Below the pieces are notes generated by a model. It had not been told where the DNA came from, ran no database searches, and was given only the letters and a program-made list of their open reading frames with translations. A DNA stretch of 64,000 nucleotides, from the sequence record MN159079.1. The stretch is one strand, 5' to 3'. The translations under genes were made by a program, and so were the position numbers. Numbering within the stretch: the first letter of the stretch is position 1; each line of letters starts with the position of its first letter. Below, piece by piece: positions 18,048 to 26,295 of this stretch.

Positions 18048-19643
18048 ATGTCTGATCAAGAAAAACCCATCGATGTACTGCGCGCGGCAGTTCTTCTCGG
18101 TAAGCCGGACACTATTGGGTTCGGCATCCCCATCTTTACTGGCGGGCTCAAAGAGCAGCACCGTGTGATCCTGGAAGCAGCTCAGCTCTTCTATGCCATC
18201 CGTGAGCTCGAAAGCGAGATGGAAAAGAATGGTCGCACCGACCAGACCACACTGAACTCCCTCCGTGTTCGTTACACGGAACACACTGAGGAACACTTCC
18301 AGGGTGTAAGTGAGAAACAACTGGCAGAAATGCTGGTGAACTATTTCACTTTCTACCGACGGACTCTCGACCGCATCCAGATGCGCGATGATGTCACTGC
18401 CGAGCGCCAACACAAGCCCAATGCCAACGTGGTGACTACTCAACGCGGTCCCATCGGGATCATTAACAGTATCAAACCCGGTAAGCTCGGGAATCTGTCC
18501 ATGAAGGACAGGATGCGGAAGAACTTCGCCAAATCCTCCGGTAGTGTGGATGGCTTCTCGATCATGCTGATGAACAGCCGGGTCTTCCTGAAGATCAAGC
18601 TCCCCACTCCCATGGACCTTCTGTTGTTGATGAACAAGATCGCCAACAAACTCTCTGGGTTTGGTAAGCGTGTTCGGGCGTCATCCCTGGAGCTGGAACG
18701 TGCACTGATCGTCCGTGAGGTTGTCGAGTTCGTTATCGAGATGGCGACCTACTGGAGTGTCTCTGACATCCTGGATGCCCGCGAACTGCTCAACGTAATC
18801 AAGGAAAGCGACGCCAACCACCTGGCTGTGGCAATCCTTGCAGCTTCTGCACCCAAAGGTCTGAACTACCGTATGAGCTGCCTGGCTCACAAGTGTAACT
18901 TCAGCGATGACGTTCTGATCGATGCGGCCAACATGGTTCACTTCGACAACGAACGTTACCCGGCGAAGTACATGGAACAGGTCCAGATGATCTTGAACAC
19001 AGGTCACAAGTTCTCCATCCAGGAACTGCGTGATTCCGATGTTCCCTTTATCGATACTGACGGGACCGAGATCGAGACACGGTTCACCATGAACGATGGA
19101 TCCGTGAGCATCGAGCTCAAAGAGCCGTACCTCGCAGATTACTTCGAGTGTTTCGATAACGCCGCCGCTCGTATTAACCCTCAACTCCGTCAACTGGCTG
19201 TCCAGTTCTCTGAACCTGAGCGCTACAAGCGCGAGTACCAGAGCTACATGGGTAGTATCCGGACCAACAACTACACGCAGTGGGTAGATAAGATCATCTT
19301 CCACGTAGCTGCCGGTGAAGAAGGTGAAGACGAAGTAATGTCCCGCGGGGATAACCCGAAAGAGTTCGATGAAGGTCTGATCGACTGCCTGGGTAGCCAA
19401 GAAGAACTCGCCGGTATCTTGCTGGAGCGTGTCATCAAGGTCATCCCCCGCCTGTCCTACACCAGTGTAGGGATTCTGTCAGCAGAGTGTCCTCAGTGCA
19501 AACAAACCACTGATGAAGAAGTTACCAAGGTTCATGGTGGTTATACCCCCATCGATCCGTTCCTGACTTTTTTCGACCACACCCAAATGTTGATAGAACT
19601 GCGGAGGGAGCTGGCGATTACACAAGAGGAGCTTCTTTCCTAG
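18048..19643 (+). CDS. Putative tail/baseplate assembly chaperone (T4 gp26-like), 0-frame product
   Basis: 531 aa. Cys pairs SCLAHKC and ECPQC, and an IKESDANHLAVAILAAS...C...C...ID pattern like gp26/TAC families. Slippery heptamer near the 3' end. Confidence 0.6.
   Translation: MSDQEKPIDVLRAAVLLGKPDTIGFGIPIFTGGLKEQHRVILEAAQLFYAIRELESEMEKNGRTDQTTLNSLRVRYTEHTEEHFQGVSEKQLAEMLVNYFTFYRRTLDRIQMRDDVTAERQHKPNANVVTTQRGPIGIINSIKPGKLGNLSMKDRMRKNFAKSSGSVDGFSIMLMNSRVFLKIKLPTPMDLLLLMNKIANKLSGFGKRVRASSLELERALIVREVVEFVIEMATYWSVSDILDARELLNVIKESDANHLAVAILAASAPKGLNYRMSCLAHKCNFSDDVLIDAANMVHFDNERYPAKYMEQVQMILNTGHKFSIQELRDSDVPFIDTDGTEIETRFTMNDGSVSIELKEPYLADYFECFDNAAARINPQLRQLAVQFSEPERYKREYQSYMGSIRTNNYTQWVDKIIFHVAAGEEGEDEVMSRGDNPKEFDEGLIDCLGSQEELAGILLERVIKVIPRLSYTSVGILSAECPQCKQTTDEEVTKVHGGYTPIDPFLTFFDHTQMLIELRRELAITQEELLS
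19568..19574 (+). other. Candidate programmed -1 ribosomal frameshift site (T TTT TTC)
   Basis: X XXY YYZ heptamer in the correct codon phase (ACT TTT TTC). The -1 frame has no stop from 19517 to 20089. Confidence 0.7.
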
Positions 19644-20089
19644 AACTGCCGGGTTCGCTCTCTCAATTCCAAAAGGCAGAAGAAGTAGCCATCCGTGAGT
19701 TCATAGCACTACAAGAATTAGAGGGGCTCGAAACAAGAGCCCTTTATAAGAAAGAGTTAAAGATATTCATGAAATCCAGAGGTTGGATAAGTGAACGCGA
19801 TTCTTTCTCCATTCTGTTGTGTTATAACCGTTCTCTAAGAGAGTACACACACAGATGGTCACCCAGTTCTTTTGGTGAAATGTTTGGGTATCGTGAGTAC
19901 TCTGAGATCATACCGCTTAAAGAGTTTCTTACAACCCCAATGGCGGTGGTCGAGGATATTTTGGAAGGTGTCGGTAAAGGCCGCACCGATATTAAGAAGG
20001 CGAAGGACGCAGCACGGTCTGCCGACGAAAAACGCAAGGAAGATCCTGCAAGCATTCTTCAACGAGAACTTAATAAACTCAAGGGGTAA
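19574..20089 (+). CDS. -1-frame extension of the chaperone (GT/E'-like); track ORF 19769-20089 is its C-terminal part
   Basis: Open frame with no ATG or good RBS until 19769. C-terminal FGYREYSEIIPLKEFLTTPMAVVEDILE resembles TAC-extension/gp51-like segments. Confidence 0.6.
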   Translation, partial: RPHPNVDRTAEGAGDYTRGASFLELPGSLSQFQKAEEVAIREFIALQELEGLETRALYKKELKIFMKSRGWISERDSFSILLCYNRSLREYTHRWSPSSFGEMFGYREYSEIIPLKEFLTTPMAVVEDILEGVGKGRTDIKKAKDAARSADEKRKEDPASILQRELNKLKG

Positions 20090-20094
20090 TTTAA

Positions 20095-20640
20095 ATGGGT
20101 AAGTATATTCCGCCTGTTACCGAGCAACGCGACTCCGCTGTTGTTCTCCAGGGCGAGAAAGAAAAGAACATGGACACCTCCGTTGGTGTTCCTACCGAAG
20201 TTCGTCCGACCACACCGGTCGAAATCTACAAAGATAAGATCGACGAGTTCGTCGGTTTCCTCAAACACGAGAACAACGCCGGTCAGCCCGAAATCCGTGC
20301 TAAGTATCAGGTTGGTGTTATCACCATGTTCGATCTGATCCTGGGAATGGATTACAACGAGATGGAAGAAGTTATCGACCACCTGGTCATTACTATTGGT
20401 AAGCACCCGCACGTCTTCACCAACAGTAACACCCTGGCACCGCTCTACGCAGTCGAGAACCGCAAGTTGCTCGTAGCAGCGTCCATCCAACGCTACAAGT
20501 GGTTCATGACCTTCTTCATCGGTCTGTCGAACAACATTCGTCAGCGTGCGCAGTATGTCGAAGGTTACGACATTACTCGGTTCATTTCTATGTTCCCTGT
20601 TAAGGCTCGTGAGAACCTCCACAACTACATCTATCGTTAA
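20095..20640 (+). CDS. Conserved hypothetical protein
   Basis: 181 aa, last gene before the terminator at 20653. Confidence 0.75.
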   Translation: MGKYIPPVTEQRDSAVVLQGEKEKNMDTSVGVPTEVRPTTPVEIYKDKIDEFVGFLKHENNAGQPEIRAKYQVGVITMFDLILGMDYNEMEEVIDHLVITIGKHPHVFTNSNTLAPLYAVENRKLLVAASIQRYKWFMTFFIGLSNNIRQRAQYVEGYDITRFISMFPVKARENLHNYIYR

Positions 20641-20652
20641 TTCGATGTAAAG

Positions 20653-20688
20653 ATCCCTCTCCCTCCGAAAGGATGGGAGAGGGATTTA
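20653..20688 (+). terminator. Intrinsic terminator
   Basis: ATCCCTCTCCCTCC-GAAA-GGA(T)GGGAGAGGGAT. Confidence 0.75.
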
Positions 20689-20706
20689 TATTGTCTATAA
20701 CTTTTC

Positions 20707-20726
20707 AAACCTACATTATTAAGGTG
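20707..20726 (+). promoter_or_regulatory. Putative early promoter
   Basis: AAACCT-ACATTAT-TAAGGTG, a one-mismatch copy of the motif. Confidence 0.6.
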
Positions 20727-20784
20727 ATGGAAACATCAACGTTATCAATGGTGATAACGCACTAACGCTGCTAAGGAGCACACA

Positions 20785-21618
20785 ATGTTTAAATCAACTT
20801 TGATCAACACCACCCCGGTAGTCTCTGTTATTTCCGAGCAAGAAAACGAATTCAACTTTCTGCTCGTTTACGGACGGACATCAGGCGGAAGAGATATTCC
20901 ATTGGTGATAATGGATACTGAAGCGAAAGACATCAGGACGCAAGCCGAAGTGTTCCTGAGAATGATGGACGACAAGTCCATTGACAATCATAACGCATCC
21001 CACTTTATATGGCGGGGTCCGTATCTGATTCTCCGTACTTTCGGCCACCGTTCTTTTGAAGCAACCATCAGCGATTCCAGAACTGAAAAGTTCGGGTCGA
21101 GAGAAGGGCACAAGAACGTACTGAAACGTTTGATCGGAGTGATCACCGAGTTCCTTGCCGGACAACACGATTACTCCAAGTACAGCGTCGAGACTGATAC
21201 GATCAAACACGTCTTCTACAATGAGAGCGTGATTGTTGACGGGACCGCCAGTATCTCTCGGGTTCAATCTTTCAATGCTGTTTGTAAAACACTGGAAGAA
21301 CCCAACAAGAAGATGTTGACGTTGACGAGTATTAAGGGTGCTATCAACATCGTGGTCACCGAAGAAATGGATCTCTCTGGTCTGCTCAAATCCATTGAAC
21401 GTGGTGTAGGTGGCGAGAGTTTTGTCTCCACGGAAACTGGTGCGAATAACTTCGGACACTCCAGTTTGATCTACCACGTTATGGAGCCCAACAAAGGTTG
21501 TAACGAACCACACATCCGGATTATCCATAGTACCAAATCCAAAGGAGCGTCGTTGGCCTTTATAGCGACCCCTTTGTTTATTGAACGGATAACAGAAGTT
21601 GTAATGTCTGCACGGTAA
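20785..21618 (+). CDS. Accessory early hypothetical protein
   Basis: AAGGAG RBS, 277 aa, with its own promoter and terminator. Confidence 0.75.
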   Translation: MFKSTLINTTPVVSVISEQENEFNFLLVYGRTSGGRDIPLVIMDTEAKDIRTQAEVFLRMMDDKSIDNHNASHFIWRGPYLILRTFGHRSFEATISDSRTEKFGSREGHKNVLKRLIGVITEFLAGQHDYSKYSVETDTIKHVFYNESVIVDGTASISRVQSFNAVCKTLEEPNKKMLTLTSIKGAINIVVTEEMDLSGLLKSIERGVGGESFVSTETGANNFGHSSLIYHVMEPNKGCNEPHIRIIHSTKSKGASLAFIATPLFIERITEVVMSAR

Positions 21619-21623
21619 CGATA

Positions 21624-21656
21624 AACCCTCTCCAACCACTATGGTTGGAGAGGGTT
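21624..21656 (+). terminator. Intrinsic terminator
   Basis: AACCCTCTCCAACCA-CTA-TGGTTGGAGAGGGTT, 15-bp stem. Confidence 0.8.
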
Positions 21657-21708
21657 GTCATCCTTATATTTCTTTTTGATTATATGCCATCTATAGAGGG
21701 AATATAAC

Positions 21709-22719
21709 GTGAACGTAGACATTAATGATATCGACCACGTGCTCAGTTGCATGAGTGGTTTTGAAGCATTTTCCAATCAGCAGGATAATAGCGATGCAGA
21801 GTACGCTAAGTCCTGTCTCAAACTCAATGGGGTGAACCTGGTCGCCATCACCGGTAATGAGAGTTTCTTTGAAGCTATCAAACAGGGTGGAAAGAAGATG
21901 TACGAGATGATCGTCAATCTTCTCAAGGGGATCAAGAACTTCTTCTTTGGTTCCGGTGGAACCGGGAAAGATAAAGCAGTTTCCCAAGCTAAGACCGAAG
22001 TGAACAATGCCAAGAAAAGCATTGTCATTACGGTGAAGACTTTGGAGAAAGGGGATCTCCCTAGTGGGTCAGCCGGTGTTTCCAACACCAACCTGAACCG
22101 CGCCAAAGAAATGCTGGAAGAAGGTAAAGCCGCCGCTGAACAGATCAACAAACTGATGAGTGGTGAGAACTTTGCACAAGGTGCAGAAAAATGGACCAAG
22201 TTCGTAGAGAACTATACCAGTGTCATGTGGACTGCTGAAAGCCGTGCCCACTTTGTACGCAACATTCCTCAGGTTAAGGTGAGCGACCTTGCCGCCCAAA
22301 CCACCAAGCTCGAAAAGAGTCTCCGGGAAGTTGTTGCTGCTATTAAAGACGGTAACAAATACAACCACAATGATGCCCAGTATATCGTAACTACGGTGGA
22401 AGGCGGTAGCAAGGTTATCGATGCGATGGACAAGGCACGGAGCGCAGCCAAAGAAATGCTCGCAAAAGTCACCATCGATTTGGAGCACAACAACAAAGAG
22501 TACAAGAAACTCTTGGAGTTTACCGACGAAGTTCTTGTTAACCGTGGTAAGGAAATGCAGAAGCTCAGTAGCGATCTCGTCCGCGTTACTAACAATCTCA
22601 CTGCACTGATCAAGGACCTGGAAGAAAGCATCAGCTCGCTCTGTTATGGTGTTGGGCGCATCGCCAAGAAATTGGGTGTGGAGTTTAATAACCCGCTTAC
22701 CTCCATTTTGGCCAAATAA
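21709..22719 (+). CDS. Internal head/ejection protein paralogue (family of 41298-42239)
   Basis: GTG start behind GAGG. EYAKSCLKLNG...TGNESFFEAIK matches EAYARTCLELNGYSGNEGFGE in the 41298 ORF. Confidence 0.7.
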   Translation: MNVDINDIDHVLSCMSGFEAFSNQQDNSDAEYAKSCLKLNGVNLVAITGNESFFEAIKQGGKKMYEMIVNLLKGIKNFFFGSGGTGKDKAVSQAKTEVNNAKKSIVITVKTLEKGDLPSGSAGVSNTNLNRAKEMLEEGKAAAEQINKLMSGENFAQGAEKWTKFVENYTSVMWTAESRAHFVRNIPQVKVSDLAAQTTKLEKSLREVVAAIKDGNKYNHNDAQYIVTTVEGGSKVIDAMDKARSAAKEMLAKVTIDLEHNNKEYKKLLEFTDEVLVNRGKEMQKLSSDLVRVTNNLTALIKDLEESISSLCYGVGRIAKKLGVEFNNPLTSILAK

Positions 22720-22728
22720 CAAATAAAG

Positions 22729-22770
22729 AACTCCTACCTCCCTTGACGGGGAGGTAGGAGTTAATTTTCT
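22729..22770 (+). terminator. Intrinsic terminator
   Basis: AACTCCTACCTCCC-TTGACG-GGGAGGTAGGAGTT followed by a T-rich tract. Confidence 0.8.
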
Positions 22771-22780
22771 ATTTTATTTC

Positions 22781-22800
22781 AAACCGATATTACTTAGTTG
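22781..22800 (+). promoter_or_regulatory. Putative early promoter
   Basis: AAACCG-ATATTAC-TTAGTTG. Confidence 0.7.
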
Positions 22801-22879
22801 ATAAACAAATGGTTTATCGAATCAGCGTGTAAGTTGGTAGAGCAACTTACACATCTTTCAACTACACGGGAGGTGACAT

Positions 22880-23011
22880 ATGTCTCTTTCAGGTTTGGTG
22901 AAGTTTAATTCGAATCGCACTAATAGCGGTGAGAAACAACAGGCACCTAATCAAGGTAACGGATTTGTGGTGACAGCCACGAAACGCATGCCGGACTACC
23001 TTAACAAATAA
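22880..23011 (+). CDS. 43-aa early microprotein (not in ORF track)
   Basis: Strong RBS GGGAGGTG then ATG. MSLSGLVKFNSNRTNSGEKQQAPNQGNGFVVTATKRMPDYLNK. Flanked by promoter and terminator. Confidence 0.65.
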   Translation: MSLSGLVKFNSNRTNSGEKQQAPNQGNGFVVTATKRMPDYLNK

Positions 23012-23031
23012 TAGGTGGTCAACGTAATAAA

Positions 23032-23056
23032 GTACCTCTCCCATTGGGAGAGGTAC
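23032..23056. terminator. Bidirectional terminator
   Basis: GTACCTCTCCC-ATT-GGGAGAGGTAC between convergent units. Confidence 0.75.
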
Positions 23057-23078
23057 CACACCCATAACTTATTTTTTT

Positions 23079-24821
23079 TTATGCCGCTTCTTTCTGTTTC
23101 TGCTCTTCAATGAATGGCATCACTCGGCTTGCATAGAAGTCATTTGCTTCAACCAAACTAGGCATACCGAAGATTGTTGTGCACAGGGTGTTCGCATTAG
23201 CTATCGGACTACTGGCGTAGTTAACACCGAGTCGTCTATAATCCAAGCGATCAAGACCTTGTACTTCGCAAACCTCCAGCTTAGTGGTCTTGTTAGACAC
23301 GTTAAGCGCAACGGTAACGTGAGGGTACGCACCAGTTACGTCAATGTCGTCCGTGGAACCACGCCCCATTGATTTCCAGTCCTGGAGACCGGTATACAAC
23401 GCTCTGCCATTGGCTTCGTTGAGTTCAGCATGAAGCAACGCAATCCAGTCACGAAGATCTGGCTTAAGTTCTTTGAACGGATCCTCTTTACGACGACCAA
23501 CAGTTCCCCAAACATAACCATTTTGTTTTGCAATGAATGACAGTTTGTCAGAGATCATTGACGGTTGGGATTGATAGGAACGAAGCTCAGAAGAAGTAAC
23601 CAGAGACGGTAACGACAGTGAGTAATCGTTAGTTGCTCGGTTAAGATCTTCGATAGTCCAGTTATCTCGGATGTTGTACATCGCGTACAGATACGGTTCA
23701 TGTTTGAGCATCCATTTGTGCCACTCAGCAGAACCAGCCTGGAGATGTGAACCTTTCTCCGTATATAACTTACCTTCGATACCTTCTGATTCAGCTGTGA
23801 ACTGAAGACTGTACGATTCACGTTTGCCACCAGGGGCACGTTTAATAGCATAGAACGACATGCCATCGAACCACTGCCACTTAGCGGGTGCTTGAACCAC
23901 GGGGAATTTCTCGTGGTTATCCAACGGTGACTTAGAACCATCTACCTTCGTCTTAAACTGCCGACCAGGATAATAAAGATAATCTTGGTAAGCACGTGGA
24001 CAATCAGGGTCAGAGTAAGTCATCGCCAGGTCGTAACCTTCATTCAACAAAGCTTCCTGGTTCGCTTCCATATCAAAGTTAGCGTTCCATGAAACAATGA
24101 AGTCAGGCCCTACCTTGTGCCACCACTGAATGTTGTTGTAAACAATCACCCCAGGACGATCGGCCAACTCATAAACGATTTCAACGTTATGTTTGTCGAT
24201 ATACTCTTGGAGATATTGCTTCTCGTACAACTTCAAATTCTTCATGATGGTTTCGTCATCATGACCGTGGAATATCTCACGGAGACCACACCAGTAAACC
24301 TTATTCTTGATGGTGGTAGATGCCATGTTGATTGGACCGGTACTGCCGTCATCCAGAATGAAGGTCTCCACGTCATACGCGGCTACTGAGTACGCTTCTT
24401 GCGGTTGGTGATCTGGGTACTTATCGAAGAACTTCTGCTTGAAGATAACCGGAACAGTTTCCTGACATCCAAATACGAATGGGTTATTCTTCAACATGGT
24501 GATGTCAGCTTTACGGTCAGGACGACCATGCAACACCTTACTAATGTTGACATGAAGTCGTGCTGCGTTAGAACTGAACTTGTCACACTTCTTGATTTCG
24601 ATGTAGTCTCGGTTATCCTTGAAGGTCCGATATTTGGGTTTCACCACATAGAAATCAGTTTTGTAATCTTCCAAGAAGACGAGACGATCTGTACGCCCAC
24701 CCTCTTCGTCGATCTCAGTAATCTTGGCTGTCAGAAGGTCATGGTCCGGGTCATTCTTGTGATAGCTCAAATACGCGTGTTTGCAAACACGAGCAATTAC
24801 TTTTGGTTTCGTGGTTAGCAT
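23079..24821 (-). CDS. Split family-B DNA polymerase, N-terminal part with 3'-5' exonuclease and motif A (phiKZ gp82-like)
   Basis: ExoI AYDVETF, ExoII WNANFD, ExoIII YNIRD, PolB motif A DIDVTGAYP. The ORF ends without motifs B and C. Confidence 0.85.
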   Translation of the reverse strand: MLTTKPKVIARVCKHAYLSYHKNDPDHDLLTAKITEIDEEGGRTDRLVFLEDYKTDFYVVKPKYRTFKDNRDYIEIKKCDKFSSNAARLHVNISKVLHGRPDRKADITMLKNNPFVFGCQETVPVIFKQKFFDKYPDHQPQEAYSVAAYDVETFILDDGSTGPINMASTTIKNKVYWCGLREIFHGHDDETIMKNLKLYEKQYLQEYIDKHNVEIVYELADRPGVIVYNNIQWWHKVGPDFIVSWNANFDMEANQEALLNEGYDLAMTYSDPDCPRAYQDYLYYPGRQFKTKVDGSKSPLDNHEKFPVVQAPAKWQWFDGMSFYAIKRAPGGKRESYSLQFTAESEGIEGKLYTEKGSHLQAGSAEWHKWMLKHEPYLYAMYNIRDNWTIEDLNRATNDYSLSLPSLVTSSELRSYQSQPSMISDKLSFIAKQNGYVWGTVGRRKEDPFKELKPDLRDWIALLHAELNEANGRALYTGLQDWKSMGRGSTDDIDVTGAYPHVTVALNVSNKTTKLEVCEVQGLDRLDYRRLGVNYASSPIANANTLCTTIFGMPSLVEANDFYASRVMPFIEEQKQKEAA

Positions 24822-24937
24822 TGTTACACTCTCTACTTAATCTAATTATAAGACCTCGAATGTTATGACGTCTTAAGAAATGGGGTTCGCTAAACTATAG
24901 CTTCCTCACTGTTTATTTACTCCGGAGCAAAACAGTT

Positions 24938-26293
24938 ATGATTGGTATTGACTTCATCAGACCCCGGGCCGATTTCGGACCCATGGGGTTTAGTGGTTTG
25001 GAATTTTTGGACAAACAAACTGACACAGTATTTCGTCAGCTTGTTACCATGTTCCAGACCATGATCAAACAAGATCAGCACGGTCAAAACGTCCTGGATT
25101 GGGACAACGCTGACCGTCAGGAAATCAGCGATTATCTTCTCGACGCAACCGGGATGAAGATCATTATGATGGATGGCACCAACACCGTTGGTAACGCCGC
25201 TATCGAAGCAGGGTACTTCTCTCCCAACAACCTGATCAACAGTACCGAGGTTGACAAGTGGTTGGATGTGAAACACACCAACGTTGCGCAGGCACTCCGT
25301 ACACTCAAGGTTGACGTGATGTCCGGTTGGATCGATACTTCTACTGGTAAGGTCGGTGGTGACCTCAGTAAGATCGAATTCAAGCTCTACATCCAGTCCT
25401 ACCTGGACATGTTCCTCGTTCAAAAGCGTTTCGCTAAATGGGGTGCCAACTTCCCCGAGCTGCTGGCTTCCATTGTTCTCCATGAAATGGGTCATGCTTG
25501 GACAGCGATGGTTTACGCATTCCAAACCTGTTTCGACTCTTTGTTCCCGATTGCTGCGGTTCGACTGGCGATGAACGCCAAGGGTGAACGCGAGAAAGCA
25601 ACGATTATCAAAGAAGCAAAGGCAGCCCTGGAGATCCCTGAGAACCTCACGGACAAAGATCTCGAAGTAATGGCCGATCCTGAAGGTCTGACACTCTACT
25701 TCAAGAAAGCCATCGAAACCCGCAACCTCCGTCGTACACTGTCCCTGGGTGTCAGTGCTCGTAACGCTGAAAGCTTCGCTGATATTTACGCTGTTCGGAT
25801 GGGTGCCAGTAAAGAACTGGTGATCGCACTCGCTTCTCTTCCAAACGCCGTCCCGATGTGGGTCCCGACTTGGTTCATGGTGGCTGCCGTGCTTGGTTCC
25901 ATGGTGGGTTCTCCTTTCATTGTCGGTTACGCCGGCACCATGGCTGTGTTGATGACTCTGGTCTCCCTGGCGGAATCTCTTCGCCCTGGCGATACTTACG
26001 ACACTCCGTATCGTCGTATAAAGGCAATCCTTCGCGAGATGGTTGCTGAATTCCAGAATTCCAAGCACCTCTCCAACAATGACAAACGTCGTCTGTTGAA
26101 TCAGTGCAAAGACATGGCCAAACTGATCGAAGATCAGAAACCCATGCTGGAAGGTACTGCCGTTCAACGCATGGTAGGTTGGATCTTCTCTGGTTCTGAC
26201 TTCAAGGCTCAGGACTTCGAACACTACACCCACGAAATCATGTCCCACAATCTCAGTCTCTACGAAGACTTCTTCAAATCCGATAAGGAGTAA
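24938..26293 (+). CDS. Virion-cluster protein with zincin motif HEMGH and hydrophobic segment (M48-like metallopeptidase?)
   Basis: VLHEMGHAW at 25475-25501, downstream ESFADIYA, and an apolar stretch of about 40 aa. Confidence 0.65.
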   Translation: MIGIDFIRPRADFGPMGFSGLEFLDKQTDTVFRQLVTMFQTMIKQDQHGQNVLDWDNADRQEISDYLLDATGMKIIMMDGTNTVGNAAIEAGYFSPNNLINSTEVDKWLDVKHTNVAQALRTLKVDVMSGWIDTSTGKVGGDLSKIEFKLYIQSYLDMFLVQKRFAKWGANFPELLASIVLHEMGHAWTAMVYAFQTCFDSLFPIAAVRLAMNAKGEREKATIIKEAKAALEIPENLTDKDLEVMADPEGLTLYFKKAIETRNLRRTLSLGVSARNAESFADIYAVRMGASKELVIALASLPNAVPMWVPTWFMVAAVLGSMVGSPFIVGYAGTMAVLMTLVSLAESLRPGDTYDTPYRRIKAILREMVAEFQNSKHLSNNDKRRLLNQCKDMAKLIEDQKPMLEGTAVQRMVGWIFSGSDFKAQDFEHYTHEIMSHNLSLYEDFFKSDKE

Positions 26294-26295
26294 CT

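Noticed and set aside
19769-20089. Independent 106-aa gene starting at ATG 19769
   Set aside because: It has a poor RBS, and its frame is open about 250 nt further upstream across the slippery site. It is better explained as the frameshift extension, though independent initiation is not excluded.
20727-20765. 12-codon uORF (METSTLSMVITH) with AAGGTG upstream
   Set aside because: The apparent RBS is part of the promoter motif, at or before the likely start site, and the ATG lies within a leader hairpin.
22832-22844. AGTTGGTAGAGCA, identical to a common tRNA D-loop, with TCGAATC just upstream
   Set aside because: No D-stem (GCTC is missing), anticodon arm or acceptor stem. The bases instead form a perfect 10-bp leader hairpin, so this is not a tRNA or permuted tRNA.
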